Positions 15,178-23,748 of a stretch of DNA of 24,326 nucleotides are shown piece after piece. Positions within the stretch are counted from its first letter, which is position 1. Each line of letters begins with the position of its first letter. Origin of the DNA: a virus (taxonomy: Duplodnaviria > Caudoviricetes); the IMG/VR virus record IMGVR_UViG_3300033067_002141, positions 1 to 24,326 of that record; one strand, 5' to 3'. The translations under genes were made by a program, and so were the position numbers. Under the pieces are notes generated by a model, which was not told where the DNA came from, ran no database searches, and saw only the letters and a program-made list of their open reading frames with translations.

Positions 15178-17599
15178 CCTGACCCCCAGCGCGATCGCAG
15201 CGCTGCTGCAGGCGCTCCCCACCATGCCCGTGGCGGAGAAGGCCGAGCTGCTGGCCGACCTGGAGTTGCTCGAGCAAAAGACAAAATACCAGCGCGCACG
15301 TGACAGCTTCCCGGATTTCTGCCGGGCCGTGTACCCGGACTGGAAGGAAGGCCCCCACCACCGCCACCTGGCGCCCAAGCTGCACGACGTGGCGCTCGGA
15401 ACGAAGACCCGGATGTCCGTCAGCATGCCCCCGCGGTTCGGAAAGAGCGAGTCGATCGCGTTCTTGTTCGTCGCCTGGTACCTTGGACATCACCCCGGGC
15501 ACCACATCATGATGGTGACGCATACCGCCTCGCTGTCCGCGGACTTCGGGCGAAAGGTGCGCAACCTCATCGACGCGCCCACATACCAGGCGATCTTCCC
15601 AGACACCAAGGTGTCTCGCGACAAGACGGCCAGTGACAACTGGACCACGACGCTCGGGGGCAAGTACCTGGCGATCGGTATCGGCGCCAACGTGGCCGGC
15701 CACGGCGCCCACCTCCTGATCTGCGATGACCTGGTGTCCGAGCAGGTGATGCTGACCTCCAGCCCCGACGCGGCGTTCGCCACGGCCTGGGAGTACGTGC
15801 AGGTGGGCCCGCTGCAGCGCCTGATGCCCAACGGGCGCATCGTGATGATCGCCTGCATGACAGCCGAGACCCGCGTGTTGATGGCGGACGGGACTGAGAA
15901 AGAAATGCAGCACATCAAGGTAGGCGACAGCATCGCTACTTATGACGCTGGGAAGATCTCCACCTCTCGTGTGACAAACTGGATCAAGCATCCTCATGAT
16001 TTTATTTACAAAATAAGAACAACTTCGGGTAGAATTGTCCGGGCAAACAAGAGACACCCTTTTCTTGTGGATCGCAACGGAGTCAGGACATGGGTACGAG
16101 TGCAGGACTTGAAGGTGGGGGACTGCTTGGTGGAGGCTGTTCAACCGCAGGCTGCGGGCGGCCACACAAAGCCAGGGGACTGTGCAGCGCCTGCTACAAA
16201 CGAAAGCTCAGTGCCGAAGGAAGAGTCGGAACTCAACGCCACACCGGGCACTGGGGGAAGTGGAAAGGGGCTGTATGCGCTGTTGATGGGTGCGGCAGTC
16301 CAGTCTCCGCCAAAGGACTTTGTCACAGCTGCTACGGCAAGAAGTACTGGGCGGAAGGAAAACGGCGTCCAACGACTTCTCAGAAACGCGAGAGCCATCT
16401 CAAGCATCGGTACGGCATTTCTGTGCAAATTTACGACGACATGCTGGCGGCGCAAGGAGGCTGCTGTGCCGTATGCAAGCAGCCTCCCAACAACACAAAC
16501 TCACGGGCTGGGCAGGAGCCAAAGCTGTATGTCGACCACTGCCATGACACCGGTAGGGTCCGAGGATTGCTCTGCAACCACTGCAACTTGGCCATCGGAT
16601 ACGCGCACACAGAAGCAGGACTGTTGGCCGCGGCCGAGTACGTACGCTACCACAGCGTCAGCGATTGCTGAGATCGCCGAAGACGGGTTTGAGCCCGTCT
16701 TCGATATGGAAGTAGCGCGTACCGAGAACTTCATCGCTAACGGCGTGGTGAGTCATAACACGCGCTGGGGAAAGAAAGACCCGATCGGCCGCGCGCTGGC
16801 CTGGGCGCAGAACAACCCCGACAGTCCGCAGTGGGACGAGGTGAGATTCCCGGCGATCCTGCCGAGCGGCAAGAGTCTGTGGCCCGAGCAGTGGCCGATC
16901 GAGCAGCTGCTGGCAAAGAAGGCCAGCATGTTCCCCCAGTTCTGGGCCGCCCAGTACATGCAGGAGCCCACCTCGGAGGAGGGGGCGGTGATCAAGCGCG
17001 ACTGGTGGAAGATCTGGGAGTCGGACGACCCACCCAAGTGCGAGTACATCATGATGTCGGTGGACACGGCGCACGACACGAAGAGCTCCTCTGACTACAC
17101 CGCAATAACCACGTGGGGAGTATGGTCAGACGAGCGCCGGGACTACAAGCCACAGTTGATACTTTTGGATGCGTTCAAGGACCGGATGGAGTTCCCGGAG
17201 CTCAAGAAGATAATGCTGAAGCATTACAAGAACTGGGAACCGGACGCGGTGATCATCGAGAAGAAGGCCGCCGGGGCGCCGCTGATCCAGGAGCTGCGGG
17301 CAGTTGGAGTACCGGTGCAGGAGTTCAGCCCGAGCCGGGGAAATGACAAGCGCGTGCGCTTGAATGCTATCGCAGACCTGTTTTCTTCTGGTATCGTATG
17401 GGTCCCCGACACACGATGGGCCCGTGAAGTGATGGACGAAGTGGCTGAATTCCCGAACGGCGAGCACGATGACTATGTGGACACAACTTCACAAGCCCTG
17501 TTGCGTTTCCGCCAGGGCGGGTTCGTGACGCTCGACACCGACGACACAGACGATGACCGGCTGCGCACACCGCAGAGCCGGGCGTACTACAGGATCTGA
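15155..17599 (+). CDS. terL: terminase large subunit with intein (814 aa precursor; 512 aa after splicing)
   Basis: Walker A MPPRFGKS, Walker B LICDDL, motif C IA|TRW split by the intein, RNase H-like nuclease motifs SVDTA..SDYTA, EKKAAG and HDDYVDT. Confidence 0.95.
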   Translation: MSARQPLDLTPSAIAALLQALPTMPVAEKAELLADLELLEQKTKYQRARDSFPDFCRAVYPDWKEGPHHRHLAPKLHDVALGTKTRMSVSMPPRFGKSESIAFLFVAWYLGHHPGHHIMMVTHTASLSADFGRKVRNLIDAPTYQAIFPDTKVSRDKTASDNWTTTLGGKYLAIGIGANVAGHGAHLLICDDLVSEQVMLTSSPDAAFATAWEYVQVGPLQRLMPNGRIVMIACMTAETRVLMADGTEKEMQHIKVGDSIATYDAGKISTSRVTNWIKHPHDFIYKIRTTSGRIVRANKRHPFLVDRNGVRTWVRVQDLKVGDCLVEAVQPQAAGGHTKPGDCAAPATNESSVPKEESELNATPGTGGSGKGLYALLMGAAVQSPPKDFVTAATARSTGRKENGVQRLLRNARAISSIGTAFLCKFTTTCWRRKEAAVPYASSLPTTQTHGLGRSQSCMSTTAMTPVGSEDCSATTATWPSDTRTQKQDCWPRPSTYATTASAIAEIAEDGFEPVFDMEVARTENFIANGVVSHNTRWGKKDPIGRALAWAQNNPDSPQWDEVRFPAILPSGKSLWPEQWPIEQLLAKKASMFPQFWAAQYMQEPTSEEGAVIKRDWWKIWESDDPPKCEYIMMSVDTAHDTKSSSDYTAITTWGVWSDERRDYKPQLILLDAFKDRMEFPELKKIMLKHYKNWEPDAVIIEKKAAGAPLIQELRAVGVPVQEFSPSRGNDKRVRLNAIADLFSSGIVWVPDTRWAREVMDEVAEFPNGEHDDYVDTTSQALLRFRQGGFVTLDTDDTDDDRLRTPQSRAYYRI
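15854..16759 (+). mobile_element. intein (302 aa) in the TerL ATPase domain
   Basis: Block A CMTAETRVLMADG, block B IVRANKRHPFLV, WVRVQDLKVGD, block F VFDMEV..TENFIANG, block G VSHN followed by Thr+1. Removal restores IVMIATRWG. Confidence 0.95.
16090..16671 (+). CDS. zinc-finger / Endonuclease VII-type (His-Me) putative homing endonuclease in an alternative frame inside the intein
   Basis: SD GGAG 7 nt before the ATG at 16090; two Cx4C...GLCxxCY repeats; YGIS...MLAAQGGCCAVC...LYVDHCHDTGRVRGLLCNHCNLAIG, the recombination endonuclease VII signature. Confidence 0.88.
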   Translation: MGTSAGLEGGGLLGGGCSTAGCGRPHKARGLCSACYKRKLSAEGRVGTQRHTGHWGKWKGAVCAVDGCGSPVSAKGLCHSCYGKKYWAEGKRRPTTSQKRESHLKHRYGISVQIYDDMLAAQGGCCAVCKQPPNNTNSRAGQEPKLYVDHCHDTGRVRGLLCNHCNLAIGYAHTEAGLLAAAEYVRYHSVSDC

Positions 17600-17602
17600 C
17601 CC

Positions 17603-19981
17603 ATGGCCACCAACGTCGACAAAGCGCTCTACCAGGCCCCGGTCGGGATCGAGCAGATCCCCGCGGAAGAGATCACGGTGGAGATCATTCCCGACGAGGC
17701 GGAGCTCGACGACAGCGCCACGGAAGAAGCTGCAGAACCTGCGTTCGGCGCGAACCTCGCGGACACGCTCCCGGAAGGGGAGCTGCTGTCGATCGTGGGG
17801 GACCTGCGCTATGAGATCGACAATGACCTGAGCGCTCGGGGTGACTGGGAGAAGGTCTACGTCAAGGGGCTGAAGTTGCTCGGGTTGAAGCCCCAGGATG
17901 TGACTGAGCCCTGGGATGGCGCCTGCTCCGCGGTGCACCCGATGATCACCGAGGCGATCGTACGGTTCCAGTCCGAGGCCGTCATGGAGACGTTCCCGGC
18001 CGCCGGGCCGGTGCGCACGCGCATCATCGGAAAAGAAACTCCCGAGAAGAAGGAAGCCGCCAAGCGGGTCGAAACGGACATGAATTTCCAGCTCACTGAG
18101 GTGATGCAGGAGTTCCGCCCCGAGCACGAGCGCATGCTGTGGACGCTGCCTGGCGCCGGCAGCGCGTTCAAGAAGGTGTACTACGACCCGTCCATGGGGC
18201 GCCAGGTCTCGATGTTCATCCCCCCGGAAGATGTGATCTTGCCCTACGGCATGACGGACATTTCCACGTCGCCGCGCGTCACGCACCGCATGCGCAAGAC
18301 GAAAAACGACATTGAGAAGCTGATCAAGGCTGAGTTCTACGTCGATGCGGAACTCGGGGACCCCGTGAAGTCGATCACTGACGACGTCCGGAACCGAAAA
18401 GACCGTGAAACAGGTCTCTCAGACTTGAATTTCGAGCACTACGAGCTGTACGAGGCCCATGTGGACCTGATCGTCGAGAGCGACCCGCTCGGCGAGGAGG
18501 GAATTGCCCTTCCGTACGTCCTGACGTTCGACAAAGCCACCGACAAGGTGCTCGCGCTGTACCGGAACTGGAAGGAAGGCGACGAATTCAAGCTGAAACG
18601 CCAGCATTTCGTGCACTACCAGTACATCCCAGGCTTCGGGGCGTACGGATTCGGGCTTTTTCACCTGATTGGCGGCTACGCCGAGTCCGCGACAAGCATT
18701 TTGAGGCAGTTGGTCGACGCCGGTACCCTCAACAACTTGCCCGGGGGCATGAAAACCAAGGGGCTGCGCGTCAAAGGCGATGATACCCCGATCGCGCCAG
18801 GTGAATTCCGTGATGTGGACATCGCCAGCGGCTCGCTGCGCGACAACATCATGCCGCTGCCGTACAAAGAGCCGAGCAGCGTGCTGGCGCTGCTGCTGGA
18901 CAAGATCATCGAGGAAGGCCGGCGTTTCTCCGCAGCCGCGGACCTGAAAATCAGCGACATGAGCGCGAATGCGCCGGTGGGGACCACCCTGGCGCTGCTG
19001 GAGCGCACGCTCAAGGTGATGTCGGCTGTCCAGGCGCGCATCCACTTCAGTCTGAAGCAGGAGCTCAAGCTCCTGGCCGGGATCATCCGGGACTTCACGG
19101 ACGTGGACTACGCCTACGACGCGGACACCGACATGCCCCGGGCCCGTCGGGAGGACTTCAAGCACACGGACATCATCCCGGTCAGCGATCCGAACGCGGC
19201 CACGATGAGCCAGCGGGTTGTGCAGTACCAGGCGGTGATCCAGCTGGCGCAGATGGCGCCAGACATCTATGACCTGCCCGTGTTGCACCGCGAGATGCTC
19301 GAGGTGCTCGGGATCAAGAACGCGGCCAAGATCCTGCCGCTGCCGGAAGACATGAAGCCGGTGGACCCGATCAGCGAGAACATGGCTATCCTGAAGGGCA
19401 AGCCAGTCAAGGCGTTCATGTACCAGAACCACCAGGCGCACCTGACGGTGCACATGGCCATGCTGCAGGACCCCCAGATCGCGCAGATGATGGGGCAGAG
19501 CCCGGCCGCAGCCCAGATGGCTGCCGCTGCGCAGGCGCACATTGCCGAGCACCTGGGATATGCGTACCGGGCCCGGGTCGAGCAGGTTCTCGGCGCCCCG
19601 CTGCCGCCGCCGGACGAGCCGATGCCGCCGGAAGCCGAAGTCATGCTCAGCCAGCTCACGGCGCAGGCCGCCACGCAAGTGCTGCAGCAGGCCCAGGCGC
19701 AGCAGGCTCAACAGCAGGCACAGCAGCAGGCACAGGATCCGGTGCTGCAGTTGCAGGCGAAGGAAGTTGCGATCAAGGAAGCGGACGTCAAGCGCAAGCA
19801 ACAGAAAGACATCCTCGACGCCGCGGCGCGGGAAGACGATCTGGCGCTCAAACGTCAGCAGCTCACGGGCGTGCAGGAGAAGGAAGGCGTCTCCCTGGGT
19901 CTGGAGATCGCCCGGGCGAAGGCTGAGATGGCACTGGCCGCCAAAGAGGTTGAGCAGCAGAACACAGGAGCGGCGGGATGA
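17603..19981 (+). CDS. portal protein (P22-like), Gln-rich C-terminus
   Basis: 792 aa directly after TerL; EPWDGACSAVHP, GSAFKKVYYD, YGFGLFHLIG, LVDAGTL.NLPGG and PVGTTLALLE motifs typical of podovirus portals. Confidence 0.9.
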   Translation: MATNVDKALYQAPVGIEQIPAEEITVEIIPDEAELDDSATEEAAEPAFGANLADTLPEGELLSIVGDLRYEIDNDLSARGDWEKVYVKGLKLLGLKPQDVTEPWDGACSAVHPMITEAIVRFQSEAVMETFPAAGPVRTRIIGKETPEKKEAAKRVETDMNFQLTEVMQEFRPEHERMLWTLPGAGSAFKKVYYDPSMGRQVSMFIPPEDVILPYGMTDISTSPRVTHRMRKTKNDIEKLIKAEFYVDAELGDPVKSITDDVRNRKDRETGLSDLNFEHYELYEAHVDLIVESDPLGEEGIALPYVLTFDKATDKVLALYRNWKEGDEFKLKRQHFVHYQYIPGFGAYGFGLFHLIGGYAESATSILRQLVDAGTLNNLPGGMKTKGLRVKGDDTPIAPGEFRDVDIASGSLRDNIMPLPYKEPSSVLALLLDKIIEEGRRFSAAADLKISDMSANAPVGTTLALLERTLKVMSAVQARIHFSLKQELKLLAGIIRDFTDVDYAYDADTDMPRARREDFKHTDIIPVSDPNAATMSQRVVQYQAVIQLAQMAPDIYDLPVLHREMLEVLGIKNAAKILPLPEDMKPVDPISENMAILKGKPVKAFMYQNHQAHLTVHMAMLQDPQIAQMMGQSPAAAQMAAAAQAHIAEHLGYAYRARVEQVLGAPLPPPDEPMPPEAEVMLSQLTAQAATQVLQQAQAQQAQQQAQQQAQDPVLQLQAKEVAIKEADVKRKQQKDILDAAAREDDLALKRQQLTGVQEKEGVSLGLEIARAKAEMALAAKEVEQQNTGAAG

Positions 19982-20181
19982 TCCAGGACTTTGTCGCAGA
20001 ACAGCAACGCCGGTTGCAGGAACGTATCCAGCAGCAGTCTGAAGCCATCGTAGACGGCGCGTTTGCCGACTACGCCAAGTATCGTGAAGCCTGCGGCGTC
20101 ATCCGCGGGTTGCGCATGGCCGAGCGCGAGCTGGCCGAGCTGGTGGAGGCTGTGCGCAAGCACAACGACACCGACTTCTGA
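19978..20181 (+). CDS. small conserved head-module protein (67 aa)
   Basis: ATGA overlap, SD AGGAG; DYAKYREACGVIRGL motif. Confidence 0.75.
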   Translation: MIQDFVAEQQRRLQERIQQQSEAIVDGAFADYAKYREACGVIRGLRMAERELAELVEAVRKHNDTDF

Positions 20182-20221
20182 CACCGTCTTGGCGCGGCTC
20201 GCCATGCTTTTGAGAGAGACC

Positions 20222-20662
20222 ATGAGTCAAATTCTGCTTCCGCCGGGGCTCCAGATCCCCGTACCCACCTTTGCGCCTCGTGAGGCGACTGTCGACGAGG
20301 AACCGCAGGAGGTCAAAGCCACCTACACCCCTCGACCTGTTGGACACAACATCTTGTGTGTTGTGCCGAAACGCTCTGCCAAGTTCGAGAACTCCGTTCT
20401 GGAGAAGGCGGACTCCACGATTCGTACTGAGGAAGCCACGTCGCACGTGCTCTTCGTGCTGGACGTGGGCCCTGAAGCCTACCTCGACAAGGAACGGTTT
20501 CCAAAAGGGGAGCCGTGGTGCAAGAAGGGCGACTTCGTCCTGGTGCGTGCCTATGCCGGCACTCGATTCAAGGTGTTCGAGCAGGAGTTCCGCCTCCTGA
20601 AAGACGACCAGATCGACGGCGTCGTGGACGATCCACGAGGCATCAAAGGCATGTACAACTGA
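20222..20662 (+). CDS. GroES-like co-chaperonin (146 aa)
   Basis: RPVGHNIL...VLDVGPEAY...WCKKGDFVLVRAYAGTRFKV...FRLLKDDQIDGVV matches the Cpn10 pattern; ATG at 20222. Confidence 0.85.
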   Translation: MSQILLPPGLQIPVPTFAPREATVDEEPQEVKATYTPRPVGHNILCVVPKRSAKFENSVLEKADSTIRTEEATSHVLFVLDVGPEAYLDKERFPKGEPWCKKGDFVLVRAYAGTRFKVFEQEFRLLKDDQIDGVVDDPRGIKGMYN

Positions 20663-20673
20663 AAGGGCACACC

Positions 20674-21615
20674 ATGGCAGGCGAAGCAGAATTCAAGTTC
20701 CCGGACGAAACCGGGGGCACCGACGACGGCGCGCAAGACGAGCTGAAGATCGAGATCGAAGACGACACCCCTGCGGCGGACCGCGGCCGGCAGCCGCTGG
20801 ACAAGCCGGTGGCGGAGCCGACGGACGAAGAGCTGGCAAGCTATTCCGAGAAGGTCCAGAAGCGCATCAAGGAGCTGACCCACGCACGGCACGACGACCG
20901 GCGCCGGGCCGAGGCCCTGCAGCGTGAGCGGGACGAGTTGGAGCGTGTAGCGCGCCAGGCGCTCGAGCAGAACAGCCAGATCCGCAAGCAGTACGAGAAG
21001 GGCGCCACGGAGCATGCCTCCCTGGCCAAGACGGCGGCCACGGCCGAGATCGGGGCGATCAAGGCGAAGCTGAAGGCGGCGCACGAGGCGTTTGATCCGG
21101 AAGCCATCAGCAACGCCACGGCGGAACTGTTTGCGGCGCAGCAGAAGTTGCACGACGCAGAAAAATTTACCCCGGCCCCTTCCACAACGGAAGAAGTTGA
21201 GGTACCATCGCGCCAATTCACCGCGACCGCGGCGAGGCCGGACGAGAAAACCCTGCGCTGGCAGGCAACAAACCAGTGGTTCGGCAGCCCGGGGTACGAG
21301 GAAGTCACCAGCTTTGCTCTTGGAGTCCATCAGCGGTTGGTGAACACGGGCATTGACCCGCAGTCCGACACCTATTTCGAGCGCCTCAACGCTCGCATCA
21401 ACGAGAAGTTCCCGGAAGTTACCGGGAACGGCGGACGTGAAAGTCCTGCAGCCTCCAGTTCCGCTACGCGTCGTCCGACAGCAGTCGTTGCAGCAGTGCA
21501 GCGGTCTTCTGGCCCTCGAACCGTCAAGCTCACAGCAACACAGGTCGCCCTGGCGGCCAAGCTGAACTTGACTCCGCAGCAATACGCTGCAGCCGTACTG
21601 AAACTGGAGAACTGA
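20674..21615 (+). CDS. putative capsid scaffolding protein (313 aa)
   Basis: Acidic N-terminus, long coiled coil (YSEKVQKRIKELT...), W...NQWFG, C-terminal VKLT..QVALAAKLNLTPQQYA; position upstream of the capsid gene. Confidence 0.7.
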   Translation: MAGEAEFKFPDETGGTDDGAQDELKIEIEDDTPAADRGRQPLDKPVAEPTDEELASYSEKVQKRIKELTHARHDDRRRAEALQRERDELERVARQALEQNSQIRKQYEKGATEHASLAKTAATAEIGAIKAKLKAAHEAFDPEAISNATAELFAAQQKLHDAEKFTPAPSTTEEVEVPSRQFTATAARPDEKTLRWQATNQWFGSPGYEEVTSFALGVHQRLVNTGIDPQSDTYFERLNARINEKFPEVTGNGGRESPAASSSATRRPTAVVAAVQRSSGPRTVKLTATQVALAAKLNLTPQQYAAAVLKLEN

Positions 21616-21616
21616 A

Positions 21617-22066
21617 ATGACCGACGCCCGTAAACCACGCGAAGTCTCAACGCGCACCGCAGCACAACGTGAGGTCTATCAGCCTCCCAGCGCGCTGCCT
21701 GATCCCGCTTCCGACGATATGTGGGCCTACCGCTGGGTGGCCACGCACGTCACGGGGGTCCTCGAAGCTGCCCACACGTCGAAGCGTTTTCGCGACGGCT
21801 GGGAACCCTGTAAGGCTGAAGACCACCCCGAACTGGGCGTCGCGGCTGACAGGAATGGCAACATCGAGGTCGGCGGTCTCATGCTGTGTCGTATGCCCAA
21901 AGCTCGGGCGACGGCCATGAACGAGTACTATCGGAATCAGGCCGAGCGCCAGATGGAGTCCGTGGACAACACGTACATGCGTGAAAGGGATCCCCGTATG
22001 CCGAAGTTCACGGAGCGCAGCTCCGAGGTGACACGCGGAAACGGATTTGGCACAGGCACGAAATAG
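21617..22066 (+). CDS. conserved head-module protein (149 aa)
   Basis: SD GGAG; YRWV...GWEP...IEVGGLMLCRMP motifs. Confidence 0.8.
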   Translation: MTDARKPREVSTRTAAQREVYQPPSALPDPASDDMWAYRWVATHVTGVLEAAHTSKRFRDGWEPCKAEDHPELGVAADRNGNIEVGGLMLCRMPKARATAMNEYYRNQAERQMESVDNTYMRERDPRMPKFTERSSEVTRGNGFGTGTK

Positions 22067-22077
22067 GAGTTTCAGCA

Positions 22078-22701
22078 ATGGCATCAACCGCCGCACCTTA
22101 CGGGTTCCGTCCCGTCAACGAGATCGGAGGCCTGCCCTACGCCGGCAGCACCCGTTCTTTCAAGATCAACCCTGCCGGTTACAGCACGAACATCTTCAAC
22201 GGATCGCTCGTGTACGTCGCCGATACGGGCTATCTGCAGATCGCCACCTCCACCGGTGCGGATGCAACCACCAACGGTTTTCCGGTCGGCTCGGCCAACA
22301 CGGGCTGCGTGGGTGTGTTCGTGGGCTGCGTGTATATCAACTCGCTCGGGCAGCCGACCTGGTCGCAGTACTACCCCGCCAGCGCGCTGAATGCCGTCGC
22401 CTATGTCGTGGATGACCCCGACACGGTGTTCCAGGTGCAGGCGGCCGGCACGGTGACGCAGGCAGCCCTCGGCGCCAACACGTTCCTGAACGCCGTCCAG
22501 AGCACCAGCACTGGCTCGACGACCACAGGCAACTCCAACACGGCGGTTGTCCTCGGCTCTTCGGCGGTCACGACGACTGCAGCGTTCCGCATCATCGGTT
22601 TCGTGGACAGCACGACCTCCACGGTCGGCGACGCCTACACGGATCTGCTGGTGAAGTTCAACCCCGGCTATCACAGCTACACCAACGCCGTCGGCCTGTA
22701 A
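22078..22701 (+). CDS. putative capsid decoration/minor structural protein (207 aa)
   Basis: SD AGGAG; PYGFRPV, GVFVGC.Y and VVDDPDTVFQVQ; Thr/Gly/Ala-rich; immediately before the capsid gene. Confidence 0.7.
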   Translation: MASTAAPYGFRPVNEIGGLPYAGSTRSFKINPAGYSTNIFNGSLVYVADTGYLQIATSTGADATTNGFPVGSANTGCVGVFVGCVYINSLGQPTWSQYYPASALNAVAYVVDDPDTVFQVQAAGTVTQAALGANTFLNAVQSTSTGSTTTGNSNTAVVLGSSAVTTTAAFRIIGFVDSTTSTVGDAYTDLLVKFNPGYHSYTNAVGL

Positions 22702-22713
22702 GGAGCACACGAA

Positions 22714-23646
22714 ATGGCAATCTCACGCGCACAACTGCTCAAGGAGCTCCTGCCTGGCCTGAACGCCCTGTTCGGCCTGGAATACGCCCGCTACGGCGAA
22801 GAGCACACGCAGATCTACGAGACTGAAAAGTCCGAGCGTTCCTTCGAGGAAGAAACCAAGCTGTCTGGCTTCCAGGCGGCGCCGGTGAAGAACGAAGGCC
22901 AGGCCATCGCCTACGACAACGCGCAGGAAGCCTTCACGGCGCGTTACACCCACGAGACCATCGCGCTGGGCTTCTCCATCACCGAAGAGGCGATGGAAGA
23001 CAACCTGTACGACTCGCTGTCCGCGCGCTACACCAAGGCGCTCGCCCGGGCCATGGCCTACACCAAGCAGGTCAAGGCGGCCAACGTCCTGAACAACGGG
23101 TTCAGCGGCAGCTACCTGGGCGGTGACGGTGTCTCGCTGTTCGGCGTGAACTCTGGTGGGACTCGCGTTGGCCATCCGCTGGTTGGCGGCGGCGTCAACT
23201 ACAACTCGCCGGCTACCGCTGTCGATCTGAACGAGACCGCGATCGAAGCGGCCGTCATCCAGATCCAGGCGTGGACCGATGAGCGTGGTCTGCTGATCGC
23301 AGCCAAGCCCCGCAAGATCGTCATCCCGACGGCCTACCAGTTCGTGGTCAAGCGTGTCCTCGGCAGCCCGCTGCGCGTGGGTACCACCGACAACGACCTG
23401 AACGCGTTGAAGGAGCTGGGCACCATCTCCGACGGCTACACCATCAACCACTTCCTGACGGACCCGAACGCCTGGTTCATCCTGACGGACGTGCCCAACG
23501 GCCTGAAGCACTTCACCCGTGTCGGGATGGAGACAAAAATGGACGGAGATTTCGACACCGGGAACGTCCGCTACAAGGCGCGAGAGCGTTATTCGTTTGG
23601 CTGGAGCGACGCACTCGGAGCGTGGGGATCCAGCGGTTCCAGCTAA
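22714..23646 (+). CDS. major capsid protein (310 aa)
   Basis: SD AAGGAG; MAISRAQLLKELLPGLNALFG..., HETIALGFSITEEA, DFDTGNVRYKARERYSFGWSD; strongly biased codon usage. Confidence 0.92.
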   Translation: MAISRAQLLKELLPGLNALFGLEYARYGEEHTQIYETEKSERSFEEETKLSGFQAAPVKNEGQAIAYDNAQEAFTARYTHETIALGFSITEEAMEDNLYDSLSARYTKALARAMAYTKQVKAANVLNNGFSGSYLGGDGVSLFGVNSGGTRVGHPLVGGGVNYNSPATAVDLNETAIEAAVIQIQAWTDERGLLIAAKPRKIVIPTAYQFVVKRVLGSPLRVGTTDNDLNALKELGTISDGYTINHFLTDPNAWFILTDVPNGLKHFTRVGMETKMDGDFDTGNVRYKARERYSFGWSDALGAWGSSGSS

Positions 23647-23667
23647 AAAGCGGAACAAAAGTGAACA

Positions 23668-23691
23668 AAAAAGGCCCTTTGGGGCCTTTTT
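23668..23691 (+). terminator. rho-independent terminator after the capsid gene (possibly bidirectional)
   Basis: AAAAAGGCCC-TTTG-GGGCCTTTTT. Confidence 0.85.
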
Positions 23692-23697
23692 CACGTT

Positions 23698-23726
23698 TTG
23701 ACTTTATGGCGGCGCTTCGGTAGAGT
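23698..23726 (+). promoter_or_regulatory. sigma70-like promoter for the downstream endonuclease-like gene
   Basis: TTGACT (23698-23703), 17-bp spacer, TAGAGT (23721-23726). Confidence 0.5.
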
Positions 23727-23748
23727 ATGGGTTTTATATCCCACCTAC

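Noticed and set aside
15854-16759. Interpreting the TerL insertion as a group I intron
   Set aside because: The frame stays open and has complete intein blocks A, B, F and G with Cys1, His-Asn and Thr+1.
19670-19760. CAG-rich repeat in the portal gene
   Set aside because: A Gln-rich helical tail is usual for P22-like portals.
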